The translations under genes were made by a program, and so were the position numbers. Positions 8,873 through 17,691 of a stretch of 64,000 bases of DNA are shown piece by piece. This DNA comes from Escherichia phage PNJ-9, in the sequence record PQ100635.1; one strand, written 5' to 3'. Positions within the stretch are counted from its first letter, which is position 1; every line of letters starts with the position of its first letter. The notes beneath the pieces are model-generated. The model was not told the origin of the DNA and made no database searches. It saw nothing but the letters and a program-made list of their open reading frames with translations.

Positions 8873-9412
8873 ATGAGAACATTTTTAACTGGACCTTATC
8901 TATCCCTGATGAATGCTTTTACACACCATTCTGATGCTAGAGTAGAAGAAATTTGTAAGAACGGTTATGTCCCACCATTTGAAGACGTACTCAAGCAGTA
9001 CTGTACACTTCGTTTAGACGGTGGCAGACAATCAGGTAAATCGACCGCAGTAACTAATTTTGCTGCTAATTGGCTGTATGACGGTGGAACAGTTATTGTT
9101 CTTTCTAATACTTCAGCTTATGCTAAAATTTCTGCTGGCAACATTGAAAAAGAATTTTCTCGTTATTCTAGCGACGATATTCGATTCCGTTTATTTACTG
9201 ATTCTGTCCGTAGTTTTATTGGCAATGAAGGTTCTAAATTCCGTGGATTAACGCTTTCTCGTATTCTGTATATAATTGACGAGCCTATTAAAGCTCCTGA
9301 TATGGATAAGATTTACAACATACATATTAAAACAGTCCAACACTGTTGCAAAAGCAAATATTGCATCGGCGGTATTGCTCGTCCTCAATTTTTTGTGATT
9401 GGAATGCAATGA
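8873..9412 (+). CDS. hypothetical protein with Walker-A-like GGRQSGKST
   Basis: ORF track 8834-9412; ATG 8873 follows repeated GCCCCAAACCTTAAGAGAAA element. Confidence 0.5.
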   Translation: MRTFLTGPYLSLMNAFTHHSDARVEEICKNGYVPPFEDVLKQYCTLRLDGGRQSGKSTAVTNFAANWLYDGGTVIVLSNTSAYAKISAGNIEKEFSRYSSDDIRFRLFTDSVRSFIGNEGSKFRGLTLSRILYIIDEPIKAPDMDKIYNIHIKTVQHCCKSKYCIGGIARPQFFVIGMQ

Positions 9413-9717
9413 TGACCACTATTGAAGTTTTTGAGTATTGTTATAACAGCCCAGTATGCAATAAAAGGGCTCTTGTAGAAAATTACGAGATTTACCATTT
9501 TAAACCTAAACGATATCGTTTGACTAAAGGTCCGTTCGCAGGGCAGCAGGTTCTTTGTACTGCTCCTAATGCACGGTTGATGACTAGTATTCCGCATTTC
9601 AAAATGGAATTTACTGATGGGCCATTTAAGGGATTAATCACTCAAAGTTTAATGGCGTTTAATTCCGACCCATTTTTGATTAAAGAAAAATCTTGGATAA
9701 ATTTATTTTCTAATTGA
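9409..9717 (+). CDS. hypothetical protein
   Basis: ATGATGA overlap with upstream stop. Confidence 0.5.
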   Translation: MMTTIEVFEYCYNSPVCNKRALVENYEIYHFKPKRYRLTKGPFAGQQVLCTAPNARLMTSIPHFKMEFTDGPFKGLITQSLMAFNSDPFLIKEKSWINLFSN

Positions 9718-9723
9718 GGTTAT

Positions 9724-10086
9724 ATGAAAGCATATCAAATTCTTGAAGGTGAACATAAAGGCACTATTTATTTTGAAGACGGTACTCAAGCCCGGATTAT
9801 TGTCTCTAAGACTTTTAAAGAAGACGCTATTGTAGATCCAGAAATTTTCTACGGTTTGAATGCTCGTGAAATTGAAATTGAACATCAACCTAAAGTTAAA
9901 ATTGAAGGTGGTCAGCACCTGAACGTTAACGTTCTGCGTCGTGAAACTCTGGAAGATGCAGTTAAGCATCCGGAAAAATATCCGCAGCTGACCATCCGTG
10001 TATCCGGATATGCAGTTCGCTTTAACTCTCTGACTCCGGAACAGCAGCGCGACGTTATCGCTCGTACCTTTACTGAGAGTCTATAA
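9724..10086 (+). CDS. hypothetical protein
   Basis: ORF track; GAGG upstream. Confidence 0.6.
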   Translation: MKAYQILEGEHKGTIYFEDGTQARIIVSKTFKEDAIVDPEIFYGLNAREIEIEHQPKVKIEGGQHLNVNVLRRETLEDAVKHPEKYPQLTIRVSGYAVRFNSLTPEQQRDVIARTFTESL

Positions 10087-10310
10087 TGGCTAAATTGATT
10101 ATAGAAGGGTCTGAAGATGTTTTAAAATGTTTTGCCGCCTGGTTTAGTTGCTCAGGCGAGCAATCATTCATTGAAGCATTTAGAATGGGTGATATTACTG
10201 GAAACTATCCGGCAACTGATATCACTGTACGTGGATATGGTATTAATGAGCCTATCCAATTGGTCGAATATGACCTTGCCACCGATGAGGAAATTCCTTA
10301 TGTCGATTGA
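10086..10310 (+). CDS. hypothetical protein
   Basis: TAATG overlap. Confidence 0.55.
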   Translation: MAKLIIEGSEDVLKCFAAWFSCSGEQSFIEAFRMGDITGNYPATDITVRGYGINEPIQLVEYDLATDEEIPYVD

Positions 10311-10545
10311 AGACATCAAAGGCTACAAGCCACATACCGATGATAAAATCAGTAAAGTGAACGCTATTAAAGACGCAGAAGTTCGTTTAGGACTTATTCT
10401 GGACGCCCTGGCAGAAGAAGCATTATCAGCAAATACTCCTGAAGCTCTGACGGCTTTGTCCCAATTGAACTGTGCTAAAGAACGCCTAAAGGAAGCTAGT
10501 ATGTGGGCTTGTCGTGCGGTATTTCGACCAGAGGAAAAATACTAA
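10300..10545 (+). CDS. hypothetical protein
   Basis: Internal ATG of ORF 10132-10545 overlapping upstream stop. Confidence 0.5.
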   Translation: MSIEDIKGYKPHTDDKISKVNAIKDAEVRLGLILDALAEEALSANTPEALTALSQLNCAKERLKEASMWACRAVFRPEEKY

Positions 10546-10844
10546 TGGCTCAAATCCTATCAGGCTTTGGAACTCATTATGAAGCATCTCGACGCATAAC
10601 TGAAAGCAATCCTTTTGGCCTTGTTCCGAAGCACAAGAAAATTCAAAGCCTTGATGACTTTGAGAATCGCCTATGGGCCCTCTTTAATGAGTACAAGGCA
10701 TATCTGAAAGAAGACGCTGACGATTGTCTTGAAGAAGATGAGATTGCGTATTACGAACAACGCCTTGAACAGCTCAAGAACTTCCACCAGGTTCGTGACG
10801 AAGTATCTAAAGCAGTTAAAAAGTTAATTCCTTTCAAAGAGTAG
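10545..10844 (+). CDS. hypothetical protein
   Basis: TAATG overlap; ORF track 10503-10844. Confidence 0.5.
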   Translation: MAQILSGFGTHYEASRRITESNPFGLVPKHKKIQSLDDFENRLWALFNEYKAYLKEDADDCLEEDEIAYYEQRLEQLKNFHQVRDEVSKAVKKLIPFKE

Positions 10845-10894
10845 TTTACTTCTCCTCTAGTTGTGTTACTATAGACCTGTCAACTAGAGGAGAA
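10844..10894 (+). promoter_or_regulatory. early-promoter-like cassette; 14-bp inverted repeat includes regB SD
   Basis: GTTTAC, 17 bp, TACTAT; IR TTCTCCTCTAGTTG/CAACTAGAGGAGAA. Confidence 0.5.
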
Positions 10895-10901
10895 ATCAAA
10901 A

Positions 10902-11360
10902 ATGACTATCAATTCTGACGTTTTTATCCGCCGTAATAAACTCCGTCGAATCTTTGAAACGGAGTTCCGCAAAATAAATGCCGGTATAAAAGATGCTGCA
11001 AAGTCTCTTGGACTACCAGGCTTTCATATCAAGTATTCTCAACATCTCTTAGATCGTGCTATCCAGAGAGAAATAGATGAGAACTACGTTTTTGAATTAT
11101 TTCGTAAAGTAAAAAATCATGTTAAAGAAGTTGCAGAATTTTTATCAATGCCGGCACGTCCAGATGTTGATGAAGATTTTGTCGAAGGTGTCGAATATCG
11201 CCCAGGCCGTTTAGAAATAACTGATGGAAATCTTTGGTTAGGACTTACAGTTTGTCGCGAAAATCCAGCATTCAAAATGAAGACTCTTCAATGCAGAATG
11301 GCTATTATTAACAATAAACGACTACCAGGAAAAGCTTCTAAAGCAGTGATTAAAATCTAG
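10902..11360 (+). CDS. regB: endoribonuclease RegB
   Basis: MTINSDVFIRRNKLRR...SQHLLDRAIQREIDE...RPGRLEITDGNLWLG matches T4 RegB along whole length. Confidence 0.93.
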   Translation: MTINSDVFIRRNKLRRIFETEFRKINAGIKDAAKSLGLPGFHIKYSQHLLDRAIQREIDENYVFELFRKVKNHVKEVAEFLSMPARPDVDEDFVEGVEYRPGRLEITDGNLWLGLTVCRENPAFKMKTLQCRMAIINNKRLPGKASKAVIKI

Positions 11361-11368
11361 AGGTAAAC

Positions 11369-11911
11369 ATGAGAAAAGCACTACTCGCTGGTCTATTTGC
11401 TCTTTCATTATCAGCACATAGCTCCGAGCATACTTTTAGTAATGTCCAACTCGATAACTTGAATTATGCTTATCAGTTTGGGGAACAGTTTTCTAAGGAT
11501 GGAAAATTTAAAACGCATGAAAATATGCATAAGAAAGGACTTGGATACATAATGGCCGCAATACTATGGCAGGAATCATCTGCCGGTATTAATCTTAAAG
11601 ATAAGAAAGGTCACCATGCGTATGGAATGTTCCAAAACTATCTACCAACAATGAGGGCAAGAATTAACCAGCTTGGTTATAATATGACTGATGCCCAAAT
11701 TAAGAAAATGCTATCTAAGCGGTCTAATTCAACCAGATGGGCTTATATCGAATTTTCTTATTGGTTAAATATACATAACGGGGATATAAGAAAAGCTATA
11801 TCCTCATATAATGCGGGATGGAAGACAAGTGCTGGAAGTAAATATGCTTCTGAAGTCCTAGAAAAGGCTAATTACCTTAAATCAAATAAACTACTGGAAA
11901 TAAAAGAATGA
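11369..11911 (+). CDS. secreted lytic-transglycosylase-like (SLT-domain) protein
   Basis: Signal peptide MRKALLAGLFALSLSA; SLT-like motif WQESSAG...AYGMFQ. Confidence 0.6.
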   Translation: MRKALLAGLFALSLSAHSSEHTFSNVQLDNLNYAYQFGEQFSKDGKFKTHENMHKKGLGYIMAAILWQESSAGINLKDKKGHHAYGMFQNYLPTMRARINQLGYNMTDAQIKKMLSKRSNSTRWAYIEFSYWLNIHNGDIRKAISSYNAGWKTSAGSKYASEVLEKANYLKSNKLLEIKE

Positions 11912-12255
11912 CCAAAGTGTTGGCTTTAATAGTTGGCTTGGTTTCATTTAACGCTCTTGCTAATACTACATATACTGATGTAACGGAGTATACAAATAGA
12001 ACGGCGTCTGATTATTGTGGTAAAAGTCAAGAGTGTAAAGTAGATTTTTCACAAAAATTGTTATATGCGTATAAAGACGGAGAAAAAGATGGGGCGTCTA
12101 GTAGGTTCAAGGCGTCTACCTTAATTAAAAGATACTATAAAAAATGGCAAATATTAGAATGCTCGGTGGCGGAACCTAAAGATAAGGCAGCATGCAATTC
12201 TATGGTGGACCGTCTAGTTGACTCTTATAATAGAGGACTTGCAGCAAGTGATTAA
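11908..12255 (+). CDS. secreted/periplasmic hypothetical protein
   Basis: Signal peptide MTKVLALIVGLVSFNALA; ATGA overlap. Confidence 0.6.
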   Translation: MTKVLALIVGLVSFNALANTTYTDVTEYTNRTASDYCGKSQECKVDFSQKLLYAYKDGEKDGASSRFKASTLIKRYYKKWQILECSVAEPKDKAACNSMVDRLVDSYNRGLAASD

Positions 12256-12715
12256 AAACTATATCAAGGGCGATATTGTCGCCCTGTTTTCTAAAGGTAA
12301 TAATATTGCTCATGGGTGTAATTGTTTTCATACAATGGGCGCTGGTGTGGCAGGACAATTAGCAAAGGCTTATCCAAAAATTTTAGAAGCCGATAAACTT
12401 CAAACCGAATTCGGTGATGAGACTAAACTCGGGACTTATTCGGTTTATGAAAAATATTTTAAGACCCATAAAGCTTATTGCTTTAATCTTTATACACAGT
12501 TTGAGCCGGGACCTAATTTTGAGTACTCTGCTTTAATGAATTGTATAATAGAATTAAATGAATTCGGAAAGAATAAGATAACAAAGCCTGTAATTTATAT
12601 GCCAAGAATTGGTGCAGGTATCGGTGGTGGAAACTGGGATGTCATCGAAGAGATTTTAGATACGTATTCCACTAAACTAGAAATTGTGATTGTTGATTGG
12701 GAACCGTTATTATGA
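12218..12715 (+). CDS. macro-domain protein (ADP-ribose binding/processing)
   Basis: Macro signature NIAHGCNCFHTMGAGVAGQLAKAYP and GAGIGGG; non-ATG (TTG) start on track, true start uncertain. Confidence 0.6.
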   Translation: MTLIIEDLQQVIKNYIKGDIVALFSKGNNIAHGCNCFHTMGAGVAGQLAKAYPKILEADKLQTEFGDETKLGTYSVYEKYFKTHKAYCFNLYTQFEPGPNFEYSALMNCIIELNEFGKNKITKPVIYMPRIGAGIGGGNWDVIEEILDTYSTKLEIVIVDWEPLL

Positions 12716-12924
12716 ATATACATTATCCACATCCATATGACCCAAAGAATAAGGTAGTAATTATTCGTCAATGGGAACGCATTTGTCGTACCAAATGTCC
12801 AATTAATAGTCCACATGATGTAGATAAAGACTACATCGGAACATTCGTTGAATATACCTTTATTGATAAGAAAGGTCGTAAACAGCATGTAGAAGAATAC
12901 TGCTTAAAGGTGACATGGTTATGA
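12712..12924 (+). CDS. hypothetical protein
   Basis: ATGA overlap. Confidence 0.5.
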   Translation: MNIHYPHPYDPKNKVVIIRQWERICRTKCPINSPHDVDKDYIGTFVEYTFIDKKGRKQHVEEYCLKVTWL

Positions 12925-13106
12925 GTTTAAGTAAAGAACAAAAAGACAAACTCTTTTCTCTTATCCACGAAGTTATGGATAAAAATAGTGAATTGGAAAA
13001 AGTTTGTAATGAATGCGGTCCTTTTAGTGCAAACGAGTACGAAGAACTTTCTAAAGAATTCGATAATAAAGAACAAGAACTTATTAATTATATAAATTCC
13101 TTATGA
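12915..13106 (+). CDS. hypothetical small acidic protein (paralog pair)
   Basis: ORF track; resembles next ORF (EQK..LF.L..E pattern). Confidence 0.5.
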   Translation: MVMSLSKEQKDKLFSLIHEVMDKNSELEKVCNECGPFSANEYEELSKEFDNKEQELINYINSL

Positions 13107-13291
13107 TTACTCGCGAACAAAAGAACGAAATATTATTTTTAGTTGGTGAAATTATTAGTTTAGAAAAGGATTTGTCTTTTGAAATATCTTCTGAATATGG
13201 AGATGCCGAAACATATTACGAATTAGTAAAATCTATCGATAAAGCTGAAAATGATTTAAAAACATATTTAGAAAATTTAACTAAGGATTAA
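13103..13291 (+). CDS. hypothetical small acidic protein (paralog pair)
   Basis: ORF track; ATGA overlap. Confidence 0.5.
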   Translation: MITREQKNEILFLVGEIISLEKDLSFEISSEYGDAETYYELVKSIDKAENDLKTYLENLTKD

Positions 13292-13292
13292 A

Positions 13293-13874
13293 ATGGCTAG
13301 TTTAATTTTTACATATGCCGCTATGAACGCTGGTAAGTCTGCTTCATTACTTACAGCCGCACATAACTATAAAGAACGTGGCATGGGTGTATTAGTTCTT
13401 AAACCGGCTATTGATACTCGCGATTCAAAAGGTGAAATAGTCTCTCGTATTGGTATTCGTCAGGACGCCAATATAATTACAAAAGACATGGATATCTTTG
13501 AATTCTATAAATGGGCTGCAGCACAAAAGGATATTCATTGTGTATTTGTTGACGAAGCTCAATTCTTAACTACTGAAAAGGTGTATCAACTTAGTCGTAT
13601 TGTTGACGTATACAATGTGCCGGTAATGGCATATGGACTACGAACAGATTTTAAAGGTAATCTATTTGAAGGTTCTCAAGCATTAATGGCTATTGCCGAT
13701 AAGCTTGTTGAACTTAAAGGTGTCTGTCATTGCGGTAAAAAGGCCACAATGGTAGCTAGAGTCACGGAAGACGGACTTCCAATTACAGATGGCAGTCAAA
13801 TTGAAATTGGTGATACTGATAGATATGTGTCATTATGCCGGAAGCATTGGAATGATTTGACAGGGTTGTTATAA
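13293..13874 (+). CDS. tk: thymidine kinase
   Basis: P-loop AAMNAGKS, FVDEAQF Walker B, C-terminal CxCG...C zinc site; 193 aa as T4 Tk. Confidence 0.93.
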   Translation: MASLIFTYAAMNAGKSASLLTAAHNYKERGMGVLVLKPAIDTRDSKGEIVSRIGIRQDANIITKDMDIFEFYKWAAAQKDIHCVFVDEAQFLTTEKVYQLSRIVDVYNVPVMAYGLRTDFKGNLFEGSQALMAIADKLVELKGVCHCGKKATMVARVTEDGLPITDGSQIEIGDTDRYVSLCRKHWNDLTGLL

Positions 13875-13901
13875 ATACTAATATCTAACCAAGAGGTATA
13901 T

Positions 13902-14114
13902 ATGCAGCAATTAAACGAAAGACAACTTCGTAATCTTACTGTAACCCAACTGGATGAAATCCGAAGAGAATTAGGACATTCTATTTCTCATTTAAACGAG
14001 GATATCCGTCAAACTGGTTCTAAAGCTGATTATACACGCAAGCGCAAGCTGGAAAAATACCTCACAGATGTTAAGGCCGTCCAAAGGCGAAAAATAAATA
14101 CTGGCCAAAATTAA
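13902..14114 (+). CDS. hypothetical protein
   Basis: ORF track; GAGG upstream. Confidence 0.55.
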   Translation: MQQLNERQLRNLTVTQLDEIRRELGHSISHLNEDIRQTGSKADYTRKRKLEKYLTDVKAVQRRKINTGQN

Positions 14115-14126
14115 CAGGAGGCCTAT

Positions 14127-14429
14127 ATGGCCTTAAGAGCGATAGCTGTCATGGCGATGCTGGGGTTTTTTGCAGCAACAACTCCTATCGTTGGTACTGC
14201 GTACACTGACCCATATTTTGATAACTTTATGGAATCAGGGATTAAAAACGTATATACTTTGTTTGAAATTCAAAATGTCGAGAATTCTGAAAAATTCTAT
14301 AAGTATATGGTAAAGCATTACAAAAATAGCCCCTGTGATGATGCATTTGAATGTCATGAACAAGGCATAAAAACTGCCAGACAATTTGCCGAGTTCATGA
14401 AAATAAAATTAGAGCCTACATCTATCTAA
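14127..14429 (+). CDS. rI: lysis inhibition regulator RI
   Basis: MALRAIAVMAMLGFFAATT...DPYFDNFMESGIKNVYTLFE matches T4 RI; signal-anchor; AGGAGG SD; terminator downstream. Confidence 0.9.
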   Translation: MALRAIAVMAMLGFFAATTPIVGTAYTDPYFDNFMESGIKNVYTLFEIQNVENSEKFYKYMVKHYKNSPCDDAFECHEQGIKTARQFAEFMKIKLEPTSI

Positions 14430-14436
14430 TTTACTA

Positions 14437-14463
14437 GCCCCTTCCTTATGGTTGGGGCTTTTT
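14437..14463 (+). terminator. intrinsic terminator-like hairpin after rI
   Basis: GCCCC ... GGGGC stem then TTTTT. Confidence 0.5.
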
Positions 14464-14474
14464 GGCATCTATCA

Positions 14475-14526
14475 GTTTACTTCTCCTCAGGTTGTGTTAT
14501 AGTAGTCCTTACTTACTAGAGGAGAA
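14475..14526 (+). promoter_or_regulatory. early-promoter-like cassette with inverted repeat
   Basis: GTTTAC, 17 bp, TATAGT; IR TCTCCTC/GAGGAGA. Confidence 0.45.
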
Positions 14527-14530
14527 CGTT

Positions 14531-14710
14531 ATGTCACGTAAAGAAAAAATTTCTAAGTTAATGTTTTTGATTGAAGAGTACGCTAATGCGGTATCTGATT
14601 GGGAAAATGCTCATGGTTGCGAAGATGGAGACATCGACATTAACAGAGCTATGAAAAAGATGGCCGAAGCCCACTCCGAATTGCAAATGTATGTTAACGA
14701 GATTATGTGA
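14531..14710 (+). CDS. hypothetical protein
   Basis: ATG at 14531 after GAGGAG inside promoter cassette. Confidence 0.5.
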   Translation: MSRKEKISKLMFLIEEYANAVSDWENAHGCEDGDIDINRAMKKMAEAHSELQMYVNEIM

Positions 14711-14717
14711 GGATATT

Positions 14718-14927
14718 ATGCTTTACGATTATACTGGAAAATCTGAAGACGGTGTACTTGAACTTTTACCTGAAAGCGCTGAAGATGACGATATGACGAC
14801 GGTGATGTTTTGTAAAAATGGTCCTGGGGATAAGGGATGGATTTATCTTCGTCAAGAAAATGACCTAATTGTTTTGGACCCTAAACAAGTTGAAGAACTT
14901 TATCAACATTTAAAACACAATCGGTAG
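14718..14927 (+). CDS. hypothetical protein
   Basis: ATG after GAGGA; ORF track 14691-14927. Confidence 0.5.
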   Translation: MLYDYTGKSEDGVLELLPESAEDDDMTTVMFCKNGPGDKGWIYLRQENDLIVLDPKQVEELYQHLKHNR

Positions 14928-14961
14928 TTTACATCTTGGTAGGACTATGTTATAGTAGTCC
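14927..14961 (+). promoter_or_regulatory. early-promoter-like cassette with inverted repeat
   Basis: GTTTAC, 18 bp, TATAGT; IR TAGGACTA/TAGTCCTA. Confidence 0.45.
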
Positions 14962-14984
14962 TATCAAAACAAACGGAGAACAAA

Positions 14985-15095
14985 ATGAAACTTTTGCTTA
15001 TCGCTTATGTTGTAGTACAATACAATTATCCGATGTTTACTTATAACATGGTAAACGGCATAGTGAATCTTATTGAAACGAGTATGGTAAAATGA
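14985..15095 (+). CDS. small hydrophobic peptide (36 aa), not on ORF track
   Basis: ATG preceded by GGAG (7 nt), downstream of promoter cassette; ATGA-coupled to next small ORF. Confidence 0.35.
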   Translation: MKLLLIAYVVVQYNYPMFTYNMVNGIVNLIETSMVK

Positions 15096-15271
15096 CCCGT
15101 GAACAAGCTAATAAATTGATGGACCTTATCCATGACTTACGTGAAGCTGATTCAGATTTAAATGATGTAGCTTATCATGCAGTAAATGACTGTGGAGACT
15201 TTTATGAAAAACAAGTTGATTCTCGTCAGAATGATTTGGTGAATTTTGTTGAAACTTTAATTGGTGAATAA
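15092..15271 (+). CDS. small acidic protein (59 aa), not on ORF track
   Basis: Fills gap between promoter and 15273 ORF; stop 1 nt before next ATG. Confidence 0.4.
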   Translation: MTREQANKLMDLIHDLREADSDLNDVAYHAVNDCGDFYEKQVDSRQNDLVNFVETLIGE

Positions 15272-15272
15272 T

Positions 15273-15803
15273 ATGAAAACTGTAATTGAAACAACCGAAC
15301 TGTTCGGTGATTTGACTATCGAAAAACGTGGTAATGTATACGTTCTGACTCAGGAAGATGATGGTATTACTATTTGTCCTATGGAACTAGACGAGATTTT
15401 GAAACTCAATCCGCCTGGTCATGCATCGGCAATTAATATTGGTGGAGACCTTCAGGCTCGTTTTTATCATGGGCTTTATAACGGTGCTAATATCGAAACT
15501 GAAGACAAATGCCTTTCTATCGATAACTGGAAAACATTCGTTGCTAAGGTGAAAGAATTCTTGGAATCCGAACCACCTGAAAAGGCTAAACTTAAATGGG
15601 GTATCAGTCGTGGTGCTTACATTATTAATCCAATAGCTCCAAACTATACCACGACTTTGGCAGTCATGAATTCTTATGAAGATGGTGATGTCGTAACTAT
15701 TCGCCAAAATGATGATTTACGTTCACATGTTACTACATTTACCAAAGACGAAGCTGTAGCTCTTAAAGCTTATCTTGATTCTATTATCCCGACTTTGAAA
15801 TAA
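15273..15803 (+). CDS. hypothetical protein
   Basis: ORF track 15261-15803; ATG at 15273. Confidence 0.6.
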   Translation: MKTVIETTELFGDLTIEKRGNVYVLTQEDDGITICPMELDEILKLNPPGHASAINIGGDLQARFYHGLYNGANIETEDKCLSIDNWKTFVAKVKEFLESEPPEKAKLKWGISRGAYIINPIAPNYTTTLAVMNSYEDGDVVTIRQNDDLRSHVTTFTKDEAVALKAYLDSIIPTLK

Positions 15804-15812
15804 GGAATTATT

Positions 15813-16286
15813 ATGATTATCAATGAAAACTCTTGGCACTTTAAAATTTATGCCGCGTTCAATAGTACATGGAATCGCCCTAAAACGTTGTGTGCTTATT
15901 TTTGGAAAACGTTAATCCCGGTATTGTCTGTTTCAATTATCGGATTTGCGATTTTAGCAGCAGTAACAATCATTGGCCAGGAAATTTTAACTAGATTCTT
16001 TGTTTTTAGCAGTCTATGGACATTAGTTCCAGCCTCAATTGGCGTAGGCATTTTAATGGTAGCAGTCATGGCTTTTATTTCTGCCGGGTTGGTAATTGGT
16101 CCGTCTTGGTTGTTAGACAAATATAACGACAGAAAATATTATAAAGAAATTGAGTTCATTGCACAAAACCAAGAACGAATTAAAAATGGACTTGAACCTA
16201 TTGAACGTAAGAAATCATTAATAGGTGAATACATTAAAGCTCGTAAAGAAAAAGTCTGTCCTACTCTTGAATATAAGGCTAAATGA
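15813..16286 (+). CDS. membrane protein
   Basis: Multiple hydrophobic helices. Confidence 0.6.
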   Translation: MIINENSWHFKIYAAFNSTWNRPKTLCAYFWKTLIPVLSVSIIGFAILAAVTIIGQEILTRFFVFSSLWTLVPASIGVGILMVAVMAFISAGLVIGPSWLLDKYNDRKYYKEIEFIAQNQERIKNGLEPIERKKSLIGEYIKARKEKVCPTLEYKAK

Positions 16287-17272
16287 TGAAAACAATTATG
16301 AAAGGCTACTTTGGTAGCCACCTTTATGGAACGTCTACTCCTGAATCTGACGTCGATTTTAAAGAAATTTATGTCCCTCATGCTCGTGATATCTTGACCG
16401 GTAACGTTAAAGAACACATGAGCAAGAACACGAATAACACATCTTCTAAGAACACAAAAGACGACGTGGACCATGAGTTGTATAGTCTCAAATATTTCTT
16501 TAAACTAGCTGCGGACGGTGAAACAGTCGCATTAGATATGCTTCACACTCCACCAAGTTTAGTAGTTAAATCTGATTTGCCTGATGTATGGAAGTATATT
16601 CAAGATAACAGGTCTCGTTTCTATACCACTAACATGAAATCTTATTTAGGGTATGTCCGTAAGCAAGCTTCTAAATATGGTGTCAAGGGTTCTCGACTAG
16701 CTGTTCTTCGTCAAGCCCTTAAACGTTCTAATGAATGGGGACAATACTTTGATAATGGTGCAGTAATTCGTTTATCACATATGAAGAATGTTCTGCCTGT
16801 AGGTGAATTTGCTTCGTGGGTTGAAACTGAAAACGAGAAAACAGGTAAGCAAACATTCTATAATCTGTTAGACCGTAAATTCCAAGACACGTTAACCAAT
16901 AAAGAGTTCAATGCCATCCTTGTTAAACTGGAAGAGAACTATGGCGAACGTGCTCGTAAGGCAGAAGCTAACGAAGGTATTGACTGGAAAGCATTGAGTC
17001 ATGCATGTCGTGGTGGACTTCAATTATTGGAAATTTACAAAACAGGCGACCTGGTTTACCCACTTCAGGATGCTCCATTTATTCTCGATGTTAAGCTTGG
17101 TAAACATACGTTTAAAACTGTACAAGAATTCCTAGAAGATATCGTTGACCAAGTTGAACATGCGTCAGAACAAGCTGCCAAGAACGGTATGCAACAAAAA
17201 GTAGATATGAGTTTCTGGGATGATTTCCTTGAGCAAGTCTATCTCGAAAATCATAATTCTTACTATAAATAA
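16283..17272 (+). CDS. Pol-beta-superfamily nucleotidyltransferase-fold protein
   Basis: GS-x9-DVD motif in YFGSHLYGTSTPESDVDF near N-terminus. Confidence 0.6.
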   Translation: MMKTIMKGYFGSHLYGTSTPESDVDFKEIYVPHARDILTGNVKEHMSKNTNNTSSKNTKDDVDHELYSLKYFFKLAADGETVALDMLHTPPSLVVKSDLPDVWKYIQDNRSRFYTTNMKSYLGYVRKQASKYGVKGSRLAVLRQALKRSNEWGQYFDNGAVIRLSHMKNVLPVGEFASWVETENEKTGKQTFYNLLDRKFQDTLTNKEFNAILVKLEENYGERARKAEANEGIDWKALSHACRGGLQLLEIYKTGDLVYPLQDAPFILDVKLGKHTFKTVQEFLEDIVDQVEHASEQAAKNGMQQKVDMSFWDDFLEQVYLENHNSYYK

Positions 17273-17303
17273 ATAGATAAATAACCATTCACTTGAGGTA
17301 AAT

Positions 17304-17573
17304 ATGAAAAAATTAGTAATTGGTTTATTCGCAGTAATGATTGCGTTCTCTGTTGGTGCAGCCAGCGGTAGTGCAGGAGCTGGTGGTAACCAAACTTCTG
17401 GGCCTTCTAATGGTTCGGTAAATGCATCACATTCTCAGGGTATTGAGAACATTAAATCAAGCTATATTAATAGCACGGCCGGACAAGCAACTGAAGCATG
17501 GTCAAAGGGACGAGTAGTTACTCGCTCCGTATTCTGTGATATGCCTAATTATGTTGCTAAGTGCGATAAGTAA
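17304..17573 (+). CDS. secreted small protein
   Basis: Signal peptide MKKLVIGLFAVMIAFSVGAA; terminator downstream. Confidence 0.6.
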   Translation: MKKLVIGLFAVMIAFSVGAASGSAGAGGNQTSGPSNGSVNASHSQGIENIKSSYINSTAGQATEAWSKGRVVTRSVFCDMPNYVAKCDK

Positions 17574-17576
17574 ATG

Positions 17577-17597
17577 TGGGGACCTTCGGGTCCCTTT
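17577..17597 (+). terminator. intrinsic terminator-like hairpin
   Basis: GGGACC-TTCG-GGTCCC then TTT. Confidence 0.5.
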
Positions 17598-17624
17598 AGG
17601 GGGTTAAAATATTTTTAAAAAGTA

Positions 17625-17656
17625 GTGTACATGCTTTTAGGATATGTTATTATAGA
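17625..17656 (+). promoter_or_regulatory. early-promoter-like element
   Basis: GTGTAC then TATTATAGA. Confidence 0.4.
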
Positions 17657-17691
17657 CCTATCAAAACGAAATGAGTAAATTGGAGAATAAA

